Below, in pieces: positions 8,526-16,372 of a stretch of 31,270 nucleotides of DNA. The position numbers and the translations under genes were made by a program. Source of the DNA: Deinococcales bacterium (GTDB lineage: Bacteria; Deinococcota; Deinococci; Deinococcales; JAAFIG01). Below the pieces are notes generated by a model. That model did not search any database. It had not been told where the DNA came from and was given only the letters and a program-made list of their open reading frames with translations. The stretch is taken from positions 1 through 31,270 of the forward strand of contig JAYWGM010000036.1 of the NCBI GenBank assembly GCA_043778225.1, read 5' to 3'. The number at the start of each line of letters is the position of its first letter. Within the stretch, counting starts at the first letter, position 1.

Positions 8526-9128
8526 ATGACCCGTCTCGCCCTGATTGCTCTTGCCGTGCTGATTGTTTTTGGGGTGGTGCTTTCGGTGTTGCCTTCACCC
8601 AAAGCCGAAGCCTTGGCAGAAGTTCGGCTCGAGGAAGTGACTTTAGAGCTTTACCCAGCCGCCGACCCCGATGCCAAATGGACTTTTGGGGCAAAGGACG
8701 TGATTTATAACCCCGAGACTCGAGAAAGCACGGTTCAGTTACAAGGCACAGGTCAACGAATCCTCAAAGGTAAAGTAGACCTCGAGTTGCGCTCGGATGT
8801 GCTGACAATCGATTCTCAAGATAATTTGCGCTTACTCAAAGCTGACGTTTTTGTGCCAGAAGGTTGTTATGCGCTGCGGCTACAAAATAAAAATGACCAA
8901 GGGCAGGGGGTTGGCTTTGTGACCATCGACCAGAACAATGGCTATGCTGCCCCGTTTATCCATATGCGCTATAAAGGTTCAAAGTCCGAGTTATATGGTT
9001 TTACTTCTGGGTTTGCGCTGAACAACACCAAATTTGCCGAAGATGACCGCAATATCTACTCTTCTGATATTGATTCCAAAGAATCTTGTGAAACTGTCAG
9101 GTCTGAAATGGGCTGGACAAAAGGATAA
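8526..9128 (+). CDS. Membrane-anchored beta-rich protein, LptC-like
   Basis: A single N-terminal TM helix followed by a beta-strand pattern, directly upstream of two OstA-like genes. ATG 8526 chosen because TATTCT lies 5 nt upstream. Confidence 0.55.
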   Translation: MTRLALIALAVLIVFGVVLSVLPSPKAEALAEVRLEEVTLELYPAADPDAKWTFGAKDVIYNPETRESTVQLQGTGQRILKGKVDLELRSDVLTIDSQDNLRLLKADVFVPEGCYALRLQNKNDQGQGVGFVTIDQNNGYAAPFIHMRYKGSKSELYGFTSGFALNNTKFAEDDRNIYSSDIDSKESCETVRSEMGWTKG

Positions 9129-9131
9129 ATC

Positions 9132-10010
9132 ATGAAAAAGCGATTTTTTGTTGTTGCTATTGGCGTTATGACCCTCGCCCTCGCTCAAGGTTCAAGAATT
9201 CTCGAGATTACAGGTGGTGCGCCGGGTGGCGATTTACGCAATGGTCCGTTGGTTTGGACAGGTAACTTTACCGCCACGGTTCAAAAACTAACCCTCAAAG
9301 CCACCAAAGTGACCCTAACTGCGCCAAGTGGCACGACCCTGAGCGAATCCAAGGGCAAGCGCACGGCGCAGTTTGAAGGCGGCACAACCGCCACCCGAGG
9401 GCGCTTATCGGCAACTGGTCCGAGTCTCGAGTACAAAGAGGTCACGGGCTTAGGTGTCTTGGCAGGTCCGGTGCAAATTAAAATTACGCCCGAGAAAAAA
9501 GAAGATGATCAAGTTAGCATCCAAGCCAGCAAAGCCACTTTTGACGTGGATACCAATGTCTCGACCTCCGAGGGCAGTGTAAAATTGGTCAATGGTGGGC
9601 AGACCGCGACCTCGAGCAAAGTGGTTTACGATGAGCAGTCGGATTTGGGTTGTTTGACCGACTCGAGAACCGTGACGATTATTCGTGAACCCAAAAAAGC
9701 TGGCGACCCGCGCTTGGTGATTACCGCCAAAGAAACTCGAGTCAACACCAAGTCCAATAAACTCGTTGCGTCTGGCGGCGTTCGGCTCGAGGCTGGCGAT
9801 AATGTCACCACGGGTACGTCTTTGTACTACGACGATTCTAAAGATACCGCTTGGGTGATTGGCAACCCAGCCAAGAACACCAACAAAAAAAGCGGCGTGA
9901 CGATTTCGGCAGGTTCGGTGATTAACTACACCAAACGCAACCAAGTCGAACGTTTGGGCAACGCCTATAAAATCCCGTTTGAACAATTTAAGTGTCCAGA
10001 AATCAAATAG
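9132..10010 (+). CDS. LptA/OstA-family periplasmic beta-jellyroll protein (probably two OstA repeats)
   Basis: Signal peptide. Repeated OstA-like segments (ASKATFD...SEGSVKL; TGTSLYYDD..DTAWVIGNPA). AAGGA upstream. Confidence 0.72.
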   Translation: MKKRFFVVAIGVMTLALAQGSRILEITGGAPGGDLRNGPLVWTGNFTATVQKLTLKATKVTLTAPSGTTLSESKGKRTAQFEGGTTATRGRLSATGPSLEYKEVTGLGVLAGPVQIKITPEKKEDDQVSIQASKATFDVDTNVSTSEGSVKLVNGGQTATSSKVVYDEQSDLGCLTDSRTVTIIREPKKAGDPRLVITAKETRVNTKSNKLVASGGVRLEAGDNVTTGTSLYYDDSKDTAWVIGNPAKNTNKKSGVTISAGSVINYTKRNQVERLGNAYKIPFEQFKCPEIK

Positions 10011-10017
10011 GAGTTCA

Positions 10018-10842
10018 TTGTCTTTTCGTTTTGGCTGGTTAATACTTTTGTTTGGCGTGGCTTTTTCTGCGCCAGACGCAAGTGTGCCAGCCACACCGTT
10101 TCCGCCCACGGTGATTATCGAACGCGGCGATAACACCATCACTGCCATAAAGTACGGTCCGGATGAAGCCGGTTTATCCATAGACTGTTTGCCCAACGAC
10201 AACGACCCAGACCGAATCACCACCAGTGTTTTTTATGACCTCGAGCCGTATCTGGTTCATGTTTTGGTAGACAAAAACATCATTCGCGCTCCAGTCGTGA
10301 TTGCTCTCAAAAAAGAGCGTGGCGATGGTCAACTCGAGGCTTTTAATGGTTCAGCCACGCGCCGTGCCGACGACGACCCAACTTGTTTACCAATCATCAA
10401 AAAAGACCTCAAACCAAATTCGATTTTTGTTGAACAAGGTAAAACCAAATTAACTGGCTCGAGCCTCCAGTATTCCGAGGAAACGGGTTTAGCCGTGATT
10501 GCTGGACCAATTACCTTCGAGCGCCCACAAGCGGCTGGCAGTGTGCTGCGTGGTACATCCGAACGAATCACGGTGGATGTGGATAACGAAAAAACCTTTC
10601 TCGAGGGCAACGTTAAGCTCGAGTCCAAATGCCGCAGCAGCACGGCTGACCGTGTGGAATACGATGACCGCGAGAACCGTGCGATACTGTTTGGTAAGCC
10701 TGCCGTTTCAAAACGCCTCGATGGCTCGGACGAAATCAAAGCCGAACGCCTTGAATATAACCTCGAGACCAACGATGTGGTGCTTGAGGGTGAAATAACG
10801 GGTATTTTTGACGATGATGCCAAGCCCTGCCGCGAGAATTGA
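10018..10842 (+). CDS. LptA/OstA-family protein
   Basis: FLEGNVKL...TADRVEYDD...AILFGKPA...IKAERLEYNL.TNDVVLEG is OstA-like. Signal peptide present. TTG 10018 follows AGGAG, but the start is uncertain (ORF track gives 9979). Confidence 0.75.
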   Translation: MSFRFGWLILLFGVAFSAPDASVPATPFPPTVIIERGDNTITAIKYGPDEAGLSIDCLPNDNDPDRITTSVFYDLEPYLVHVLVDKNIIRAPVVIALKKERGDGQLEAFNGSATRRADDDPTCLPIIKKDLKPNSIFVEQGKTKLTGSSLQYSEETGLAVIAGPITFERPQAAGSVLRGTSERITVDVDNEKTFLEGNVKLESKCRSSTADRVEYDDRENRAILFGKPAVSKRLDGSDEIKAERLEYNLETNDVVLEGEITGIFDDDAKPCREN

Positions 10843-10925
10843 AACTTAGCTCACCAACTTGTTAGAATACCCAAGATTCAAAAATTTAATGGCAGTTCGA
10901 GTTTTCTCGAGATGGGGGTTCTAAC

Positions 10926-12995
10926 GTGGCTTTATTGATTACGGTATTGGCGGGTCTATTGGCGATTATCGTCGGTGTTGCATTGACCTTAAACATTCTT
11001 CGTTTGCCCGATGGCAACGACAAAATGCGAGCCATCGCGGCGGCGATTCAAGAAGGGGCAAGTGCTTACCTCAGCGCCCAATATAAAGAAGTAGCGGTGG
11101 TGGCGGCGGCTTTATTTGTCATTTTGGCGCTGATTCCGGGTTTGGGTTTAACAACCGCGATTTACTTTTTGGTCGGGGCGGTGGCTTCGGGAGCGGCTGG
11201 TTTTATTGGAATGAATGTGGCTGTACGTGCCAATATCCGCACCGCCGAGGCAGCCAACCATGGCTTGGCGGCGGCGATGCGGGTTGCCACATGGGGCGGG
11301 GCAGTCACAGGTTTATTTGTGGTCGGCTTGGGCTTATTGGTGCTTGGTATTTTAACCGAGCTTTCGCCGCGTTTACCCGATGGTCTGATTAACCCCGATG
11401 CCCTGATTGGGCTTGGTTTTGGCGCAAGTTTAATCAGTGTGTTTGCCCGTCTGGGTGGTGGCATTTATACCAAAGCTGCCGATGTTGGTGCAGACTTGGT
11501 CGGCAAAGTCGAAGCCGGTATTCCCGAGGACGACCCACGCAACCCAGCCGTGATTGCTGATAACGTCGGTGATAACGTTGGCGACGATGCGGGTATGGCA
11601 GCCGATTTATTCGAGACTTTAATTGTGACTGCCATTGCGGCAATGCTCCTTGGGCATTTGGCGTTTAAGACTGATGCGGCGGTTTGGTACCCCCTGATGC
11701 TCGGTGGGGTTGGCGCGATTGCCGGTATCGTTGGTGTTTTTGGCGTAAAAATGCCCTCGAGTGGCGATCAGATTATGGCGGGTTTATACCAAGGGGTTTG
11801 GATTTCTTCGGTGCTGGCAGCCATCGGTATTGCCGCTGTCACGTTCTTGTTTCCAGTGGCGGGACTCTCGAGCCTGAACTTGACTCTAGCAGCACTGGTC
11901 GGTATTGCTGTGACTTTGGGCTTAATGTACATCACCGATTACTACACCAGTTCGGCATACGAACCTGTGCGCGGAATTGCGAGGGCGAGCATCACTGGAC
12001 ACGGCACAAATATCATTGCAGGCTTAGCCGTCGGTATGAAAGCCACGGCGTTTCCAGTCTTGGTGATTGTGGCGGGTACACTTGCCAGTTACTTTGTGAT
12101 GTTTGACGCTAATAATCCGCTTTCTGGCTTGTATGGGATTGCGATTGCCGCCATGGCGATGCTTTCTTTATGCGGCATTATTGTGACTGTAGATGCTTTC
12201 GGACCGATTACCGACAATGCTGGCGGGATTGCTGAAATGGCAGAGATGGGCGAAAACGTGCGAAACGTCACCGACCCTCTGGATGCCGTCGGTAACACCA
12301 CCAAAGCTGTGACCAAAGGCTATGCGATTGGCAGTGCGGGTTTGGCTGCCTTGGCGCTGTTTGCCAGTTTTACTGCCGAGTTTGAAAAGCGTGGCATTGA
12401 ACTGGTTTTTAATCTTTCTGACCCAATGGTTGTGGCTGGCTTATTTATTGGTGGCATTTTGCCTTGTATTTTTGCCGCCATGTGTATGGAAGCCGTTGGA
12501 AGAGCCGCTGGAGCAGTGGTTCTCGAGGTGCGCCGTCAGTTCAGGGAAAAACCGGGCATCATGGATTACAGCCAAAAACCAGATTATGGGCAGTGCGTCA
12601 GTATTGTCACCAAAGCGGCACTGCGCGAAATGCGAGTTCCAGCGCTGTTGTCGGTCGGTGTGCCAATTGTGGTCGGCTTGGTGCTGGGTGCAAAAGCCCT
12701 TGGTGGCTTACTGATGGGCAGCATTGTGGTTGGTATTTTTATGGCGGTGCAGATGACCACGGGCGGCGGCGCTTGGGACAACGCCAAAAAGTATATCGAA
12801 TCTGGTGAATTAAAAGACGAAGCTGGCAATGTCTTGAAAAAAGGTAGCTTTGCCCATCAAGCTGCTGTGACTGGCGATACGGTTGGCGACCCTTACAAAG
12901 ACACCGCTGGTCCAGCCATTAACCCAATGATTAAAGTTGTGAATATCGTGGCGTTGTTGCTTGTGCCGCTCTTGGTTAGCCTTGGGCGCATTTAA
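10926..12995 (+). CDS. hppA: Membrane-bound H+-translocating pyrophosphatase (K+-independent signature)
   Basis: [85 protein letters not shown]. Confidence 0.97.
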   Translation: MALLITVLAGLLAIIVGVALTLNILRLPDGNDKMRAIAAAIQEGASAYLSAQYKEVAVVAAALFVILALIPGLGLTTAIYFLVGAVASGAAGFIGMNVAVRANIRTAEAANHGLAAAMRVATWGGAVTGLFVVGLGLLVLGILTELSPRLPDGLINPDALIGLGFGASLISVFARLGGGIYTKAADVGADLVGKVEAGIPEDDPRNPAVIADNVGDNVGDDAGMAADLFETLIVTAIAAMLLGHLAFKTDAAVWYPLMLGGVGAIAGIVGVFGVKMPSSGDQIMAGLYQGVWISSVLAAIGIAAVTFLFPVAGLSSLNLTLAALVGIAVTLGLMYITDYYTSSAYEPVRGIARASITGHGTNIIAGLAVGMKATAFPVLVIVAGTLASYFVMFDANNPLSGLYGIAIAAMAMLSLCGIIVTVDAFGPITDNAGGIAEMAEMGENVRNVTDPLDAVGNTTKAVTKGYAIGSAGLAALALFASFTAEFEKRGIELVFNLSDPMVVAGLFIGGILPCIFAAMCMEAVGRAAGAVVLEVRRQFREKPGIMDYSQKPDYGQCVSIVTKAALREMRVPALLSVGVPIVVGLVLGAKALGGLLMGSIVVGIFMAVQMTTGGGAWDNAKKYIESGELKDEAGNVLKKGSFAHQAAVTGDTVGDPYKDTAGPAINPMIKVVNIVALLLVPLLVSLGRI

Positions 12996-13006
12996 GCGCT
13001 GGTGAG

Positions 13007-13035
13007 AACTCGAGGTTTATTCCCTCGAGTTTTTT
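13007..13035 (+). terminator. Intrinsic terminator of hppA
   Basis: Stem AACTCGAGG, loop TTTATTC, stem CCTCGAGTT, followed by a T-tract. Begins 11 nt after the stop. Confidence 0.85.
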
Positions 13036-13088
13036 CTTGTCACGCCCTTGTCACTTGCTCGACCAGCCAATAGGGCATACTGTGAGGC

Positions 13089-13643
13089 ATGACTTTGCAA
13101 GAGTTCCGACAAGAAAAAGACCAATTTTTTCGCTCGAGAAATTCGCCTTTACCAGCTTCAATACGGGCAGTTTTTAGCGGTTTAAGCTATTTTACCGAGC
13201 AACCAGACTTGCGTTTTACAACAGCCCTCGAGCCAGACCCAACTCAGGAAGCGGTGCTGATGCAAACCAGTACAGGCTCAGAGCAAGTTTTTTTGCGGCT
13301 TGGCTGGGTTTCGTTTGTAACAAACAACCAGACCTCAAAACTGGCGGTTTTTGTGCGTGAGGCACAACCCGATGCGACAGAGGTCTTTATTCCTTTTCGA
13401 GATGCAAGTAGTGGACAAGAAACCTACGGTTCTGGGCGGTATCTCGAGGCAGAACTGCATGGCAACACGGTCAATCTTGATTTTAATTTAGCCTATAATC
13501 CCTATTGTGCGTATTCCGAAGGCTGGTCTTGCCCGATTCCACCCCCCGAAAATTGGCTGGCTGTACCCATAATAGCAGGGGAGATGGCATTCCCAAAACT
13601 CGAGCCAGCCCAAAATGTGCAGACTGGTGGCGACGATGACTGA
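13089..13643 (+). CDS. DUF1684 family protein
   Basis: FIPFRD.SSG.ETYGSGRYL and LDFNLAYNPYCAYS..WSCPIPPPENWL. Confidence 0.9.
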   Translation: MTLQEFRQEKDQFFRSRNSPLPASIRAVFSGLSYFTEQPDLRFTTALEPDPTQEAVLMQTSTGSEQVFLRLGWVSFVTNNQTSKLAVFVREAQPDATEVFIPFRDASSGQETYGSGRYLEAELHGNTVNLDFNLAYNPYCAYSEGWSCPIPPPENWLAVPIIAGEMAFPKLEPAQNVQTGGDDD

Positions 13644-14424
13644 AGCCGTTCTTGAAATCCAAAAAAATCTTGAGCAGCATCTCGAGAAGCGCGAATGGGA
13701 AGCTGCTCTAGGAAAATTGCGGGCGCTTGAATTGGTTGGGCAACACGACCCAGAACTCGAGCGAGCCTTGTTGCTGATAACCGACTTTATGGATGCCCTG
13801 CGTGCCAAAAACTATGTAGGGGCAGCCAAAACCGCTACCGATGGCTGGCAACGCCTTGGTATAACTCAAGACGGCTTAGAACCAGCCCTCGCCGCACTGC
13901 TCGAAGCCGAAGCCAACTGGCGGATTGGTGAATCCAAAGTCAGAGCAGCACTAACACAAGCCTTGTTGCACCCACTGACTCGAGCCGAAGCCGAAAACCA
14001 ACTTGGGGTTTTACAAGCTGTTCTCGAGAACCGCGATGCTGCTCGAAGCCATTTTCAGGCTGCCTTGGCAGCCGACCCAAGACATTACCGCGCCATGACC
14101 AATTTGGGCAACCTCGAGTTAGAGGCTGGACATTTACAAGAAGCCGAAAGCCGCTACCGCGAAGTGATTCGCTTAAATCCAGATTATAGTGTGGTCTACA
14201 ACAATTTAGCTGCCGTGATGCGAAAACAGGGTAAGCGCAGTGAAAGCGTGGGGTACTTAAAAAAAGCCCAGAGCCTCTCGGTGCGTGAAATCCGTGGCGA
14301 TACGCGTGGCACAAGTGTCGGTAAAGTCAAAAACCCACTTAGCGACTGGTTCGCCAAGCCAAGCTCGAAATGGGTCTTGGCTGGAGTCTTGTTTTTGGCG
14401 GCTTTTTTGATTTATCGGCGCTAA
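13636..14424 (+). CDS. TPR-repeat protein with a C-terminal membrane anchor
   Basis: TPR motifs (AMTNLGNL...AESRYREVIRLNPDY..VYNNLA) and a hydrophobic C-terminus. ATG 13636 overlaps the end of the upstream gene. Confidence 0.85.
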   Translation: MTEAVLEIQKNLEQHLEKREWEAALGKLRALELVGQHDPELERALLLITDFMDALRAKNYVGAAKTATDGWQRLGITQDGLEPALAALLEAEANWRIGESKVRAALTQALLHPLTRAEAENQLGVLQAVLENRDAARSHFQAALAADPRHYRAMTNLGNLELEAGHLQEAESRYREVIRLNPDYSVVYNNLAAVMRKQGKRSESVGYLKKAQSLSVREIRGDTRGTSVGKVKNPLSDWFAKPSSKWVLAGVLFLAAFLIYRR

Positions 14425-14446
14425 ACAACATGAGTTCGGATTAAAT

Positions 14447-14472
14447 GTAGGGACAGACCCCCGTGTCTGTCC
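14447..14472 (+). repeat. GTAG-family REP-like palindrome between convergent genes
   Basis: GTAG + GGACAGAC-CCCCGT-GTCTGTCC, a perfect 8-bp stem. Confidence 0.65.
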
Positions 14473-14491
14473 TCTATAAATGGGTTTTGTT

Positions 14492-14547
14492 CCTCGAGCA
14501 AGGTGAGTTTAGCCGCCTCGAGCAAGGTGAGTTTAGCCGCCTCGAGC
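14492..14547. repeat. Exact 24-bp tandem duplication bounded by CTCGAG
   Basis: (CCTCGAGCAAGGTGAGTTTAGCCG)x2 + CCTCGAGC. Confidence 0.95.
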
Positions 14548-14910
14548 CAAGTACCCCAGTGCTGCTGCAAAACACCAACCATTTGCTAAAACCATCCCTT
14601 GGACAACTTTGGGCGGGTCTCGCAGTACCTTCCACCAAAAACCGCCTTGGATTAAGCCCCTCGAGTAGATAATTCCACCGCCAACATAGACCAAAGTGTA
14701 CTCAATCACAAAGCGAATTCCCAGTGCGCCGCCACCCGAGAGAAAACCAGCCGTCAGGGCAGCAATATAGACAATATGGATAGCGTTTAATGCCAAATAA
14801 AAAACTGGAGGTAATTCCTTTTTTTGTCGTAAAAAAATACCCGCCCAGATGCCAAGCGCTGCAAAGCCCACCAAAATTACCCAAGATAACCCAATAAATA
14901 AACTTGCCAT
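14533..14910 (-). CDS. Hypothetical small multi-pass membrane protein (125 aa)
   Basis: MASLFIGLSW..., about 4 hydrophobic segments. TAATAT 5 nt upstream of ATG 14910. The longer 352-aa ORF is a shadow extension. Confidence 0.7.
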   Translation of the reverse strand: MASLFIGLSWVILVGFAALGIWAGIFLRQKKELPPVFYLALNAIHIVYIAALTAGFLSGGGALGIRFVIEYTLVYVGGGIIYSRGLIQGGFWWKVLRDPPKVVQGMVLANGWCFAAALGYLARGG

Positions 14911-14947
14911 GGTGGATATTATGGCTGGTTTCTCGAGGGACGTATGC

Positions 14948-15042
14948 TGCCCACCGATGCAGGACTCGTATGCCCACCGATGCAGGACTCGTATGCCAAC
15001 CGATGCAGGACTCGTATGCCTACCGATGCAGGACTCGTATGC
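14948..15042. repeat. 4 x 23-bp tandem repeat (TGCC[C/C/A/T]ACCGATGCAGGACTCGTA)
   Basis: Units start at 14948, 14971, 14994 and 15017. One variable position, no spacers. Confidence 0.95.
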
Positions 15043-15115
15043 TGTTTTGCGGATGCACGTCTCTGGCAAGCTCGAGTTAAAATAACGACATGATTTTAGA
15101 AAAGAGGTTTTTTTA

Positions 15116-16372
15116 ATGCCACTCGAGGCTGGTATTTTGTCTACGCTGGTTTCCGAAGTTCTCGAGCGCTGCGACGATTTAGCGCTTCTGACCGAAGAAA
15201 CTGGGCGGGTCACCCGCACTTTTTTGTCGTATCCAATGAAAGAAGTCCATACCCTGCTTTCGATGTGGATGCGTGAGGCTGGGCTGACGGTGCGAATAGA
15301 TGCGGTTGGAAATGTGATTGGCAGACTCGAGGCAGCCGATACTCGTACCCTAATGATTGGTTCGCACATTGATACCGTGCCAAATGCTGGTAAATATGAT
15401 GGAGTCTTGGGTGTGATGCTGGGGATTGCTGTTGCTAAAGCGCTGCAAACTTCGGGCTTGGTCTTGCCTTTTTCGCTCGAGGTGGTGGCTTTTTCGGAAG
15501 AAGAAGGGGTGCGCTTTGGCTTGCCATTTATTGGTTCAAGGGCGGTGGTTGGTACACTTAGCCCAGACCTCTTGGAGCAGCAAGATGCCAATAAAATTAG
15601 TCTGGCTCAGGCGATTACTAACTTTGGCTTAAATCCATTTGATTTATCAGCAGCTCGAGCCAAAGCACTTTTGGGCTATTTAGAAATTCATATCGAACAA
15701 GGTCCGGTTCTCGAGGCTCGAGGTTTGGCGCTGGGTGTGGTGCAGGGCATTGCTGGTCAGACTCGAGCCACCCTAACTTTTGTCGGACAAGCGGGTCATG
15801 CTGGCACAACTCCAATGAATTTACGCAAAGATGCACTGGCGGCGGCGGCTCAAGTCGTTCTCGAGGTTGAACGCTTTGCCAAAGCCACACCCGGACTGGT
15901 GGCAACCGTGGGGATGCTCGAGGTTTTGCCAGGGGCTGGTAATGTCATTCCAGAGCGCACCAGCCTCAGTCTTGATGTGCGACATCTCGAGGATGCACTG
16001 CGAAAACGGGCGGTTGCAGAACTGCTTGATTTTGCTTGGCACACGGCTCGTCGGCGTGATTTGGGCTTTAGTCATGAAATCCGCCTCGAGCAAGCTGCCA
16101 GTCCGTCGGACGAGATGCTGGCTGGTTTTTTGGGCGACGCACTTGAGGACTCTGGGCGCAAACGCTTTCTATTACCATCTGGCGCGGGTCACGATGCGAT
16201 GATTTTAGCGGGTATGACCCGTACTGTGATGCTTTTTATTCGCTCTCCGGGCGGAATTTCGCATCATCCGAGCGAAAGTGTCCAAACTGGCGATACTCGA
16301 GCGGCTTTAGAAGTGGCATATCGTTTTTTAGAGAAAATTGCGGCTGCGCCAAGTGTGATTTGGAATCCTTAA
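15116..16372 (+). CDS. M20-family amidohydrolase (allantoate amidohydrolase / N-carbamoyl-L-amino-acid hydrolase type)
   Basis: GSHIDTVPNAGKYDGVLG, EEEGVRF, EIHIEQGP, GHAGTTPM, SGAGHDA, GISHHP. Confidence 0.92.
   Translation: MPLEAGILSTLVSEVLERCDDLALLTEETGRVTRTFLSYPMKEVHTLLSMWMREAGLTVRIDAVGNVIGRLEAADTRTLMIGSHIDTVPNAGKYDGVLGVMLGIAVAKALQTSGLVLPFSLEVVAFSEEEGVRFGLPFIGSRAVVGTLSPDLLEQQDANKISLAQAITNFGLNPFDLSAARAKALLGYLEIHIEQGPVLEARGLALGVVQGIAGQTRATLTFVGQAGHAGTTPMNLRKDALAAAAQVVLEVERFAKATPGLVATVGMLEVLPGAGNVIPERTSLSLDVRHLEDALRKRAVAELLDFAWHTARRRDLGFSHEIRLEQAASPSDEMLAGFLGDALEDSGRKRFLLPSGAGHDAMILAGMTRTVMLFIRSPGGISHHPSESVQTGDTRAALEVAYRFLEKIAAAPSVIWNP

Noticed and set aside
9450..10823. Minus-strand ORFs 9450-10223 and 10329-10823, and similar short overlapping ORFs elsewhere
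   Set aside because: Shadow ORFs opposite well-supported genes, with no recognisable motifs.
14948..15042. CRISPR array
   Set aside because: The repeat units are directly adjacent with no unique spacers, and no cas genes are nearby.
14911..15591. N-terminal extension of the 352-aa minus-strand ORF
   Set aside because: It is antisense to the amidohydrolase gene and runs through the tandem repeat. ATG 14910 has its own -10 box.
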